Shown piece after piece: positions 1 through 8,501 of a stretch of DNA of 32,000 nucleotides; the stretch's first letter is position 1; each line of letters starts with the position of its first letter. Origin of the DNA: Candidatus Saccharimonadota bacterium. Its GTDB lineage: Archaea; Nanohalarchaeota; Nanosalinia; Nanosalinales; Nanosalinaceae. A program made the translations under genes and the position numbers. The stretch covers positions 360,001 through 392,000 of the forward strand of contig CP012986.1 in assembly GCA_001761425.1 (NCBI GenBank), read 5' to 3'. The notes beneath the pieces are model-generated. The model was not told the origin of the DNA. It saw only the letters and a program-made list of their open reading frames with translations, and made no database searches.

Positions 1-287
1 GTAACGGAAGGTCGAGGGTGGCGATAGTCGATAACAGCAATAATATCGCTTTGGTGAACAATCAGGGAGAGAAGGAGTTACTAACGGAGGATGGGGAAGC
101 CAGCAAGACCAGTATCTCAGTTATAGATCTGGACGATGACGGAGACATGGAAATAGCTTACGTTCCAAAATCAGGTGATAGAGGAATTTACTATGTCGAT
201 GACATCTTAGGTCAAAATCAGATAGCGGAGCTAAGTTCGGGGGCCAAACCGGCGACGGAAGTCGGGCTTACAGGTAGAATCCGGTAA
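1..287 (+). CDS. C-terminal fragment of a DxDxDG / FG-GAP-like repeat surface protein; its 5' end lies upstream of the window
   Basis: Frame 3 is open from the window edge, with no stop before the GTG at 18. The tail contains ISVIDLDDDGDMEIAYVPKSGDRGIYYVDD, the same blade motif repeated in the 930-aa ORF at 680..3472. Confidence 0.6.
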   Translation, partial: NGRSRVAIVDNSNNIALVNNQGEKELLTEDGEASKTSISVIDLDDDGDMEIAYVPKSGDRGIYYVDDILGQNQIAELSSGAKPATEVGLTGRIR

Positions 288-294
288 AAGATTT

Positions 295-714
295 ATGAGA
301 AGGGCAAATAGTTCAGTAAAAGGTCAGACATCTATAGAATTCTTCCTGCTTTTTGGAATGGCTATGGCTATTATGACAGTCCTCTTCGCCGCTATACAAA
401 CCAAAGAATCAGATGTGATGAGTCTTCAGAACCAGAAAACAGCAGCACAAATTGGTGAAAAAGTCGGTAAGCATGTCGAAAAAGCCTTGGCGGAGGGAAA
501 AGGCTATTCACGGAAATTCCGCGTCCCGGACCGGATAGCCGGCAGCAAGTACAATCTGACTGTAACTAACAAGACCGTAGTTGTAAGGTGGGGCGGCGGC
601 ATCGCTACAGCAGATACTATCTATTCAGGAGAGAAACTGAAACTTTCAACAAGGAGTACAAACCTGTACAAAGTGATACATGACGAAAAAGGTGTCAAAT
701 TCGTTGAGAGATAA
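295..714 (+). CDS. Pilin-like protein with archaeal class III (prepilin-type) signal peptide
   Basis: N-terminus is MRRANSSVKG|QTSIEFFLLFGMAMAIMTVLFAAI: a basic leader, a KG|Q cleavage-type motif, then a hydrophobic helix. It is the first gene of an overlapping co-directional operon. Confidence 0.7.
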   Translation: MRRANSSVKGQTSIEFFLLFGMAMAIMTVLFAAIQTKESDVMSLQNQKTAAQIGEKVGKHVEKALAEGKGYSRKFRVPDRIAGSKYNLTVTNKTVVVRWGGGIATADTIYSGEKLKLSTRSTNLYKVIHDEKGVKFVER

Positions 715-3472
715 AGGCCAGGCATTCCTGACTGATTTTGCTCTGAGCATGGCGATATTCGGGATAATCATCTCAGCGTTTTTCGTTCCCTGGAACATGA
801 TGATCGAGACCGAAAACAGGTTCTCCCATTCCGACGATATGAAGGCTAAGGCAGAGAGAACGGTATCAATCATGGTCACCTCGCCAGGATATCCGGAAGA
901 CTGGGAACAAAATCTCTCCGAGCCGGCTATCCTAGGATTATCTACGCAGAAAGAAAATGTAATCTCTATGGAAAAACTGGAGGCCTTTTCAAACCTCAGC
1001 AACGCACAAAAAACCTCCGTACTGAACTCAAGAGGATTTTCTCTCAACTTCAGATATCCTGAAAACTCGGAGGTCATAAAGTACAGTGACTCAGAAGTCC
1101 TGGGCACAGAATTTCTGGGAAAAGAGCCTATCGCATATATCGCACGAGGAGGCTCAACCTTCTCCTCGCTGGAGATGCTGGAAGAGTTAAACTCGTCCAC
1201 GAAGGAATGGTATTTCTACTTCCCTTCGGAGGAGAACCAGGATGATATAGACTCCCTGACAGCGGAGAAAACATATACTAACGAGGGATCTGGGCCCAAA
1301 ATGTTCCAGAGAATGATCAGTGACGCTGCCAACAGAGGATTCCAGAGGTTCAAGACAGGAAGTAAAATAAAGGCCTCTCTCTCGATCTCCGAAGTCTTTG
1401 AGGTTGACAACGATGGAAACAAGGGGATATTTTTCAGGGATCAGGACGGAAAACTGAAACTTCACAACCTTGAAAACAGCATGACAGAAGAGATAGATCC
1501 TGTAAACGAAGTTACCAGGATGGGAGCCGTCGAGAACTTCACCTCAGAGGAAGAAGAACTAGCTTTTATCAACGGAGACAGCAAATTAAATTTCTACAGT
1601 TTAGAAGACAACGAGGTCATAGAAACATCTATCGGGGCTGTAGACATCGGTGATTCTACCACTATTTCCGGTGACAAGGCCTTATTCTTCATAGATGACG
1701 ATAATTCTCTTTCATACTATATCAGAGGGAGAGGAAGTTTTGAGACATCTTTCAGCGGATCCAGGGTAGGAGGTGCTGGGGACATCGATGGAGACGACGT
1801 CTCCGAGATCGCGTTCCGGGATGAGGATGACAAACTCGCATTCTATGATCCCGAGACTGAGACGAAGCAGCCGACAGATCAAGGCGTTAAAGATGTAGGA
1901 TGGATCCATGAAAGATCTGTCGCAGTAGTCTCAGGCAACAACGAAAATCTGGGAGTCTGGAACTCTACGGACTCCTCATTTGAAAACTATCGGACAAAGG
2001 CGGGAGCTGTCACAGATTTCAGGAGGCACAGAGGAGACAGTTCAATTTTCTACATCGACCGGCAGATTGATCAAGATCTAGCCCGGTTCAATCCCGGGAC
2101 AGGGTTGACCGAATATCTGAGAGAAGGATCAGAAGAAAGTATCAAGGCCTTTGGAGGAGGCTGGGAAGTAAAACCAGATCAGACAGAAAGTTTAATCTCT
2201 TATAGGGACGCAAGCGGTTACCTGAGTTTCTACTCGGTTCAGAAAGGTTTTACCATGAGAAGCCAGGTCAAGGCCCAGGATATAGGCGGAGGAGGAGATC
2301 TGGATAGTGATGGAAACAATGAATTGGCCCTGATGGATTCGAACGGTTACCTAGGTTACTATGACTTCCAGGACGCCAGTAAAGTAATGCTAGAGGATTC
2401 AGGGTCACGCATTGCCTCAGGCCTTGTAGGGATGCCTGCTGACCTGGAAGGTGATAACACATCTGAGATACCTTATAGAACAGTTGATGACCTACTGGCA
2501 TATTATGATGTAGAGGAGGAAGAAGTAACAGTGATAAACTCAATAGGATCAATTGAGGATCTGGGGGACTCGAAAGACATAGATAGAGACGGGAACACAG
2601 AGATTCTCTACACCAAGAACGGAGAACTGAGATATTACGACCCTGTATCGGAGGAAAACACCGGAACCAACAGATTAGCCTCCGGTCTTGGAGGAGCAGC
2701 TGACCTGACAGGAAATCCTCAAAAAGAGATAATGTATAAAGATGATAATCAGTACCTCTCACATATCAATCCATCAAACTTTTTGAAAACTCAGGAGGCG
2801 CCCAAGATCACAAACGCTGGGTCTCTCACACAGCTGGGAGGGGACGAAAGCTTCTACGGTATAGTCATCGATGAGAACAATGAATTCGGTTACTTTGATT
2901 TCTCGATGAACCTGACATACAATACTATAATAGCCGAGAATGCGGAGGTGGAGGCCGATGAGGTTCGTAACGATGCAAGGCTGAGAGAAGCGGTGGAGAA
3001 AGGTATGACTTATTTACATACAAGAAACGATCCCAGCATCCTCACAAAAATATTTAATATGGACTCCCAGGATCCTGGCAGCAACAAAGCCAAGGTCCAG
3101 AAAGTCGAACCGCTCTTGAACCCCGAACTCTCCAGAGGAGAGGAAATCAGTTTTGAAAACGTCCAGACAGGATTTGAACGTACCAACACAGTTTTCGCAA
3201 ACTCCACACAGCCTCCGAACTCCTGTCTTGCCTGTAAAAAAACAGTTGGTGAAGGAAAAGTATATTACCTCGCAGACACTGATATCGGAAAGAAGAAGGC
3301 CTCATTAGCCGACCCCGAAACTGAGGTACAAGAGGAAAATGTCTCAAAACTGAAGATTGGGAAAGAAATCCCGGAAGAAGCCGAGAACGTCGTAAAAGCT
3401 GACAGATATGTAACCATCAAACATTCAGATGGCTTTGAAAACGCGGAGATCAATTACCTATTATGGAAATGA
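680..3472 (+). CDS. Large pilin-like-anchored repeat protein (candidate Ca-binding beta-propeller adhesin)
   Basis: The 930-aa ORF has the N-terminus RDKG|QAFLTDFALSMAIFGIIISAFF (class III signal-like). About 12 blades of roughly 42-47 aa follow, with motifs such as GDIDGDDVSEIAFRDEDDKLAFYD, GDLDSDGNNELALMDSNGYLGYYD and KDIDRDGNTEILYTKNGELRYYD. It overlaps the upstream gene by 35 nt and the downstream gene by 10 nt. Confidence 0.85.
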   Translation: MTKKVSNSLRDKGQAFLTDFALSMAIFGIIISAFFVPWNMMIETENRFSHSDDMKAKAERTVSIMVTSPGYPEDWEQNLSEPAILGLSTQKENVISMEKLEAFSNLSNAQKTSVLNSRGFSLNFRYPENSEVIKYSDSEVLGTEFLGKEPIAYIARGGSTFSSLEMLEELNSSTKEWYFYFPSEENQDDIDSLTAEKTYTNEGSGPKMFQRMISDAANRGFQRFKTGSKIKASLSISEVFEVDNDGNKGIFFRDQDGKLKLHNLENSMTEEIDPVNEVTRMGAVENFTSEEEELAFINGDSKLNFYSLEDNEVIETSIGAVDIGDSTTISGDKALFFIDDDNSLSYYIRGRGSFETSFSGSRVGGAGDIDGDDVSEIAFRDEDDKLAFYDPETETKQPTDQGVKDVGWIHERSVAVVSGNNENLGVWNSTDSSFENYRTKAGAVTDFRRHRGDSSIFYIDRQIDQDLARFNPGTGLTEYLREGSEESIKAFGGGWEVKPDQTESLISYRDASGYLSFYSVQKGFTMRSQVKAQDIGGGGDLDSDGNNELALMDSNGYLGYYDFQDASKVMLEDSGSRIASGLVGMPADLEGDNTSEIPYRTVDDLLAYYDVEEEEVTVINSIGSIEDLGDSKDIDRDGNTEILYTKNGELRYYDPVSEENTGTNRLASGLGGAADLTGNPQKEIMYKDDNQYLSHINPSNFLKTQEAPKITNAGSLTQLGGDESFYGIVIDENNEFGYFDFSMNLTYNTIIAENAEVEADEVRNDARLREAVEKGMTYLHTRNDPSILTKIFNMDSQDPGSNKAKVQKVEPLLNPELSRGEEISFENVQTGFERTNTVFANSTQPPNSCLACKKTVGEGKVYYLADTDIGKKKASLADPETEVQEENVSKLKIGKEIPEEAENVVKADRYVTIKHSDGFENAEINYLLWK
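1391..2910 (+). repeat. Tandem protein-level repeats (about 12 FG-GAP/integrin-alpha-like blades with DxDxDG loops) inside the 930-aa ORF
   Basis: A recurring pattern is read directly from the translation: G-(G/D)-x-x-D-(I/L)-D-x-D-G-x-x-E-(I/L)-x-(F/Y)-x-x-x-x-x-x-L-x-(F/Y)-Y-D. The repeats are diverged at nucleotide level. Confidence 0.6.
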
Positions 3473-3987
3473 GAAAGGGCTTTTATTTCTCAATGGATGC
3501 CGTGGTAGCCCTCGTGATAATGTCGGCAGCACTGACCCTGGTGATCCAGCTCTCTAACTCAGCTACAGGGGAGTTCCAGACAGACTCGTCCAGATACGCC
3601 GAGGCCACAGACAGAGGTAAGGATATCATCAAAATTGCCTCGGCAGAAAAGCTGAGCTCTCTTGAACAAAGCCAGACCCCGGAATTAACTCCTACAGTCG
3701 ATCCATCAAAGTTTAACGGCTCCGTACTCGATGCTGTAAACCTTCTCTGGGAGACCAATAATAAAACAAAGGCCTCAGACCTTGTCAAAATGTATTTTAC
3801 ACCGATGGTACCAAAAGATTACGAGTACAAGGTTATACTGGAGGGAAACGAAGTCGTATACAGGAGTTCCACTCTAGAAGACCCTCCACAGATAGTTACA
3901 AGCTCGACGACACTGACATATGTTCCTGAAAGGCCTGAAACCGTAGATCCGAAAAACATAAGACTGGTGATGTGGCGTGAAAAATAA
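3463..3987 (+). CDS. Pilin-like protein with class III signal peptide
   Basis: N-terminus is MEMRKG|FYFSMDAVVALVIMSAALTLVIQ. The start overlaps the upstream stop by 10 nt, consistent with translational coupling. Confidence 0.7.
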   Translation: MEMRKGFYFSMDAVVALVIMSAALTLVIQLSNSATGEFQTDSSRYAEATDRGKDIIKIASAEKLSSLEQSQTPELTPTVDPSKFNGSVLDAVNLLWETNNKTKASDLVKMYFTPMVPKDYEYKVILEGNEVVYRSSTLEDPPQIVTSSTTLTYVPERPETVDPKNIRLVMWREK

Positions 3988-5203
3988 GGGAATGGTCTAT
4001 ACGACCTTTGCTATAGTCGCTACAAATCTGCTTTTACTACTTTTCCTGACCACTTCAGGATCGAATGATTATACATCAAGCGTACAGATCAGAGAAGGAG
4101 AGGCCTCTCATTACCAACAGAGTGTAGAGGACTTTACAGGCAAGACCCATGAAATAGCTTTGAAGACTGCCAGCTCGGCTGTTATCAATCACACCTTGAG
4201 ACAAGGAGAAGGTATACAAGACGGGGAAGAGACCTTAGAGGCCCTTTTGATCAATGGAACCAGCGACGAAATAGATCGTCTCTTCAGGTACGCCTCGCTC
4301 AACAAATGGAGGGAAGACGTCAGCGAATCAGCGGAAGACAGAGGATATACACTATCTATAAAGTTCAATAAAAGGTCCCTGGACGATAGCTTCCTGAGTA
4401 TGACAGGTAATCTGACCTCGAGAATAGAGCTTGAGGCCCCTCAGACATCCTCGAGGTTCAATAAAACAGTAAGATATGAAAACCAGGTAAGCCTAGTAGG
4501 ACTTGAGGATACGATGCTGTTCTCAAGATCTGATGAAACTTACCGAAATAAATACAGACGATGTAGTTTCCGAAAACCGGCAGAAAAAATTACAGACGGC
4601 ACAGTCTCGAATCAAGGGGCAACTTTTGGAAAAGCAACCCGAAATAAAGACTCAGGGAACAAAGAAGAGAAGATCCTAGTGACAGATGGAGAACCGAACT
4701 CATCAAGAGCGAATGCCTATGCCGGAACCGTCGCATCATCGAATGAAGACCCAGAATACAAAAACACAAAATACATATTTGGAGCGGAAACAGCAGATAT
4801 AGAAGAAGGAGAGGATCTCATACTGTACCGAGATCAGGTCTGGAGCTCAAGAATCCGGCAGATAATCAACACAGGATGTTACCTGAAATCGAACGTAACA
4901 GGAGAAACCGGTCCAGGCCTGATGGAAAGAATGGAAAACAAGCTCCAGGCCCAGGAGAACGAAACAGAAGGCCTCCTCACGATTATAGATAAGAAACGTC
5001 TTCCAGAAGAGCTTCAATACCCCGGAAGATCCAGCATAGGTTACAAGTATTTTAGAAGTGATGAAGGTAAGAAAATAGCAGGCCTCACAGGAAACAAATC
5101 ATTCGACAAAAACAGAGACGGATACAGAGAGGACTTCCGACTCGATGAACAACATATTGAGAAATGGAATCTAAACACACCGGACGGAGGCCTAACATAC
5201 TGA
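3977..5203 (+). CDS. Pilin-like N-terminus protein, 408 aa, otherwise unassigned
   Basis: A GTG start gives MKNKG|MVYTTFAIVATNLLLLLFL. It overlaps the upstream gene by 11 nt and is the last gene of the + strand operon. Confidence 0.65.
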   Translation: MKNKGMVYTTFAIVATNLLLLLFLTTSGSNDYTSSVQIREGEASHYQQSVEDFTGKTHEIALKTASSAVINHTLRQGEGIQDGEETLEALLINGTSDEIDRLFRYASLNKWREDVSESAEDRGYTLSIKFNKRSLDDSFLSMTGNLTSRIELEAPQTSSRFNKTVRYENQVSLVGLEDTMLFSRSDETYRNKYRRCSFRKPAEKITDGTVSNQGATFGKATRNKDSGNKEEKILVTDGEPNSSRANAYAGTVASSNEDPEYKNTKYIFGAETADIEEGEDLILYRDQVWSSRIRQIINTGCYLKSNVTGETGPGLMERMENKLQAQENETEGLLTIIDKKRLPEELQYPGRSSIGYKYFRSDEGKKIAGLTGNKSFDKNRDGYREDFRLDEQHIEKWNLNTPDGGLTY

Positions 5204-5248
5204 AGAACTTAATCATCATAACTCCGCAGCTTTAATAGCTCGTCTTAT

Positions 5249-5275
5249 GATAAAGAGAAAAAAGGAGAAAAAGTG
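5249..5275 (-). terminator. Oligo-T tract terminator downstream of the pilin gene
   Basis: The minus strand reads CACTTTTTCTCCTTTTTTCTCTTTATC just after the pilin stop (5290..5292). Archaeal termination at T-runs is established. Confidence 0.35.
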
Positions 5276-5289
5276 TTAGACTCAACTTT

Positions 5290-5763
5290 CTAGCTGAGAG
5301 AGATACTGTCAGTCATTGTACCTGAAACAACTTGGCTCTGAATTCCATCTTCTACGTTGTACTGGATGGAGAGATCGAAGTCGTTACATCCATCTACAGA
5401 AGTTGCTCCAACGTCTGTTGTGAAGGTTGCGCTTGATCCTACTGAAATTGTTTCGTTTCCAGCATCATAGCTGTCTCCTTCAACTGAGATGTTGTCTATC
5501 TCTACAGGACTTGCTGCGGCATTCCTTAGCTCAAAAGCTAAGTTTCCATCAGAGTTTGTAGCAAAGTCTGCTACACGTACATCTGATGTTGAGAATCCTG
5601 ATGTGGATGTGGTACATTGACCCTGGACGGTTGCGAAGATTGCTCCTCCGACAATTGCTACAACAAGTAGCATCCATCCGTAGGTCATTAGGTACTCGAT
5701 TGCTGACTGACCTTTTCGCTTTGCGAATACGTCAAAATTCTGCGTCATAGTTGGTTTGGTCAC
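5290..5763 (-). CDS. Candidate major type IV pilin (class III signal peptide family)
   Basis: N-terminus FAKRKG|QSAIEYLMTYGWMLLVVAIVGGAIF is the classic archaeal class III signal motif (KGQSAIEYL). The product is small (157 aa), S/T/D-rich and has its own promoter and terminator. The start may be the GTG at 5763 or the ATG at 5748. Confidence 0.85.
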   Translation of the reverse strand: MTKPTMTQNFDVFAKRKGQSAIEYLMTYGWMLLVVAIVGGAIFATVQGQCTTSTSGFSTSDVRVADFATNSDGNLAFELRNAAASPVEIDNISVEGDSYDAGNETISVGSSATFTTDVGATSVDGCNDFDLSIQYNVEDGIQSQVVSGTMTDSISLS

Positions 5764-5789
5764 CCAATCAAGAACTAATTTGTTTGAGT

Positions 5790-5802
5790 CCTATAAAAAA
5801 CC
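5790..5802 (-). promoter_or_regulatory. TATA-box-like element for the pilin gene
   Basis: The minus strand reads GGTTTTTTATAGG, centred about 31 nt upstream of the GTG at 5763. Confidence 0.4.
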
Positions 5803-5886
5803 TTTTGAGTTAAGGCCTCTTCGTGTTTGTTTTCGATATATCTGGGTGTCGGTGTTGTTATGAAAAGATTCTAAGTCCTGTGTTTT

Positions 5887-6888
5887 TCATCCCATGGCTC
5901 CTGAAATTGCTCCCTGCACTCCTAGGAATAGTAGTATGGAGATTATAATGAATACTGGTACGTATTTGACTCCCTGTTTGATGTTGCCGTTGCTGATTTC
6001 CGAGATGATGAGGGCTGCGAACAAGTTGATTGATACGATCGCTAGAAGGGCGAATTCCTCGAATAGTGCTACATCAACATTGGGTGATGAGAAGGACATG
6101 TCGAATCCTACCTGGCTTCCTATACCTCCCATTCCTCCGCCTCCAGCGTCCTGCATGCTTCCGATATCTGCCTCGCTCCACATACTGGTGGTCTCCCGTG
6201 CCATATAGACGCTGATTGAGAACAGGACTGGTGCCCCTCCGACCGCTGCCATCATGATGAATATCTGATACATCCTGATAGATGATTTGATCTCATCCCT
6301 GATCTCCAGACTGTTCCTTATATCATCCGCGGAGGAATCCAGAAGCGCAGCTGTGTCTCCACCGGACTCTATACCATCTCTCAGCAGTTTCAGGGTTTCC
6401 TGGAAGAGCTCAGATTTCATCCTGTCCTCCAGGCTCTGCAGCGACTCCTCTACAGGCTCACCGCCATACATCTCCATGGCGGTCGCCCTCATCTCATCTG
6501 CCAGAGGCCCGAACTCATCTCTCGCAGACAGAAGAAAGGCCTTTTCCAGGGTGTGCCCTGACTTAATATTCGCTGATACAAGCCTCATAGCGTCGGGAAG
6601 TATTGATTCGATCTCTTTCTTTCTCCGCTCCGCTACGATCGAAATATACATGTAAGGAGTTACAGGTCCGGCAACAAGAGAAGCTACCAGGGCTACAACA
6701 GCTTTAGCCAAGGGATCGAAAGGTGCAAACATCATTACGATGCCCAGGGTAACTACAAAGCCAAACAGAGAACCGTAGAGAGTATATTTCTCCACTTCAT
6801 CTTCCATCGAAGCGTATAAGGCCTCCTGCTCCATCTTGTTCCTGTAGCGGGCAGGTATCAGCTCGTAGATATTCTTCTGGCTTATCAC
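5887..6888 (-). CDS. T2SSF-domain pilus/archaellum platform membrane protein (TadC/PilC/FlaJ-like)
   Basis: Contains the motif LPDAMRLVSANIKSGHTLEKAFLLSA followed by GDTAALLDSSADDIRN, plus flanking TM segments. The GTG start overlaps the upstream stop as GTGA (6885..6888). Confidence 0.8.
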   Translation of the reverse strand: MISQKNIYELIPARYRNKMEQEALYASMEDEVEKYTLYGSLFGFVVTLGIVMMFAPFDPLAKAVVALVASLVAGPVTPYMYISIVAERRKKEIESILPDAMRLVSANIKSGHTLEKAFLLSARDEFGPLADEMRATAMEMYGGEPVEESLQSLEDRMKSELFQETLKLLRDGIESGGDTAALLDSSADDIRNSLEIRDEIKSSIRMYQIFIMMAAVGGAPVLFSISVYMARETTSMWSEADIGSMQDAGGGGMGGIGSQVGFDMSFSSPNVDVALFEEFALLAIVSINLFAALIISEISNGNIKQGVKYVPVFIIISILLFLGVQGAISGAMG

Positions 6889-7742
6889 GCTGCCTTCACC
6901 TCCGGCCTCTTGGACTTAACCAGATTCAGGAAAAAGGCCTGGAAAAGTGCTAGACCTCCGAGTATACCGTAAAACGTCATCTGGTTGAGAGGAAGTTCAA
7001 CGAATGAAGACATAACTATCATCAGAGTGACTCCAAGGCTCGGAAAGATGACCGCAAGCATCAGGTACATCAGGATGAACGGGTTCAGGTCCTCACCGTA
7101 TTTCTCAACCTCCAGTTTCTGTTCCTCGACCATGGTATCTACTAGGGAATCAAGAGTATCGGTCAGGTCTGCACCCGATTTCAGGGCATTGATCATCTGC
7201 CACATAGCCCTGCGGTACATAATGCTCGGGTTCCGTGCGATAGAATCCTCCAGGGCCTTTATCTGAGACTTACCTCCCTGTATATCCGAGACGATCCTGT
7301 TAAACTCACTGGAGGCCTCACCGTAATCGTACGAAGCATCAACCATCGCCTCGTAAAGCGAAATACCTGAACTTACCTCGATAAGCATGTGGCGCAAGGC
7401 ATAAGGCAGATTCTTCTCCAGCTGGCGTGAGACACGCTTTGCTTTAACCTTGGGCTGGTAGGCAAATGTCAGGAAAAGAAGAGGCGTGAAAAGCGGTAAA
7501 AGGCCTATGCCAAGTTTCATTATGAACACTTGATCAATGATGTATCCGGCGAACCCTATTGAAGCTGCTAGAGAAACTCCTATCTGTAAAGCTCTGGCTA
7601 GAGCATTGGCTATGTACGTATCGGGGTCTTCATCCATCCTCGCTCCTCTCAAGTCCTTCTCAATGGATGGAACTGCCGGTTTCAGCTTCTCCGCTGCCGG
7701 CAGAAAATACTTCAGGTATTTCTCGGATACAGTAGTATCCAT
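6885..7742 (-). CDS. T2SSF-domain platform membrane protein (TadB-like)
   Basis: Contains the motifs LPYALRHMLIEVSSGISLYEAMVDAS and GADLTDTLDSLVDTMVEEQ, with TM segments at both ends. Confidence 0.8.
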   Translation of the reverse strand: MDTTVSEKYLKYFLPAAEKLKPAVPSIEKDLRGARMDEDPDTYIANALARALQIGVSLAASIGFAGYIIDQVFIMKLGIGLLPLFTPLLFLTFAYQPKVKAKRVSRQLEKNLPYALRHMLIEVSSGISLYEAMVDASYDYGEASSEFNRIVSDIQGGKSQIKALEDSIARNPSIMYRRAMWQMINALKSGADLTDTLDSLVDTMVEEQKLEVEKYGEDLNPFILMYLMLAVIFPSLGVTLMIVMSSFVELPLNQMTFYGILGGLALFQAFFLNLVKSKRPEVKAA

Positions 7743-7800
7743 CTATAATTCATAACGGCTTTCCGAAATAAAAAGAGTCAGCAAAGAGAAAAACCAGGAA

Positions 7801-8466
7801 TCATTCCTGCATCAGAGTCCTGTCTATACGGCCGACCTCTGGGCCTGTCGTGTTCTCGCTTGTCAAAATACCTGTGTCGGTAGCTACAAGACCTGAACCG
7901 ATATACGGCGAACCCATGTCAACAGTACCGATATCCGCATCATTAACTCCCAAGGCCTCCATAACTTTTTCTGCATCATCTTCACCGGTCTCCCTGTGAA
8001 GCAATACTCCGTTCGAGTTGGCCTCGGCACATACGCCAATGTTTTTGATACCTGCGATACGTGAAACAGTGACATCTACATCTAAGGCCTCAGCGATTTC
8101 TTCCCTGTGTTCCTCTATCTTCTCGCTGATAACCGCGCCGTGATCGTTCGCAAGAATCAAATTACCGAGAGCATTGTCGTTAGTTTCGATAACCTGAAAA
8201 TCTATACCTGCTTCTTCCAGTTTCTTTTTCTCTCTGGAGGTGGCACCTTTTGGGATAAGAATACAGTTAGAGTTACCTGCTGTGAAAAGGCCTACAAGTC
8301 TTGTCCTGTTGATAAACGTTTCAGCGGATTTTTCTACATCGAAAAGTTCTTTTTTCTCCTCCTTGAACTCTGGAGGATAAACTGCCTGGGTGCTGGTTAA
8401 GGTGGCGTAGAACCCGATGCTGCTGTTTCCCAGGTAATCGTATCTCTGTATCTCCATCTGGATCAC
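7801..8466 (-). CDS. eif6: Translation initiation factor 6 (aIF6)
   Basis: The N-terminus YDYLGNSSIGFYATLTS and the repeated pentein-like segments (GNLILANDHGAVIS, GVCAEANSNGVLL, GSGLVATDTGIL) are typical of eIF6. The start is the GTG at 8466 or the ATG at 8457. Confidence 0.9.
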   Translation of the reverse strand: MIQMEIQRYDYLGNSSIGFYATLTSTQAVYPPEFKEEKKELFDVEKSAETFINRTRLVGLFTAGNSNCILIPKGATSREKKKLEEAGIDFQVIETNDNALGNLILANDHGAVISEKIEEHREEIAEALDVDVTVSRIAGIKNIGVCAEANSNGVLLHRETGEDDAEKVMEALGVNDADIGTVDMGSPYIGSGLVATDTGILTSENTTGPEVGRIDRTLMQE

Positions 8467-8501
8467 TTAAGAAATCAGAAGTAGAGGAATATGGAAGGCC
8501 T

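Noticed and set aside
646-1200. 184-aa minus-strand ORF, together with 1187..1465, 1216..1422, 1712..1909, 2268..2762, 3010..3453 and 3483..3788 on the minus strand
   Set aside because: All are antisense shadows of the pilin-like operon ORFs, which have recognisable signal peptides and repeats. Their composition (S/F/C/L-rich, not acidic) differs from the bona fide proteins in the window.
5894-7755. Plus-strand ORFs opposite the two T2SSF genes (5894..6208, 6030..6215, 6287..6655, 6985..7266, 7537..7755)
   Set aside because: They are antisense to genes with clear T2SSF motifs. They are serine/proline-rich and low in complexity, and have no start context.
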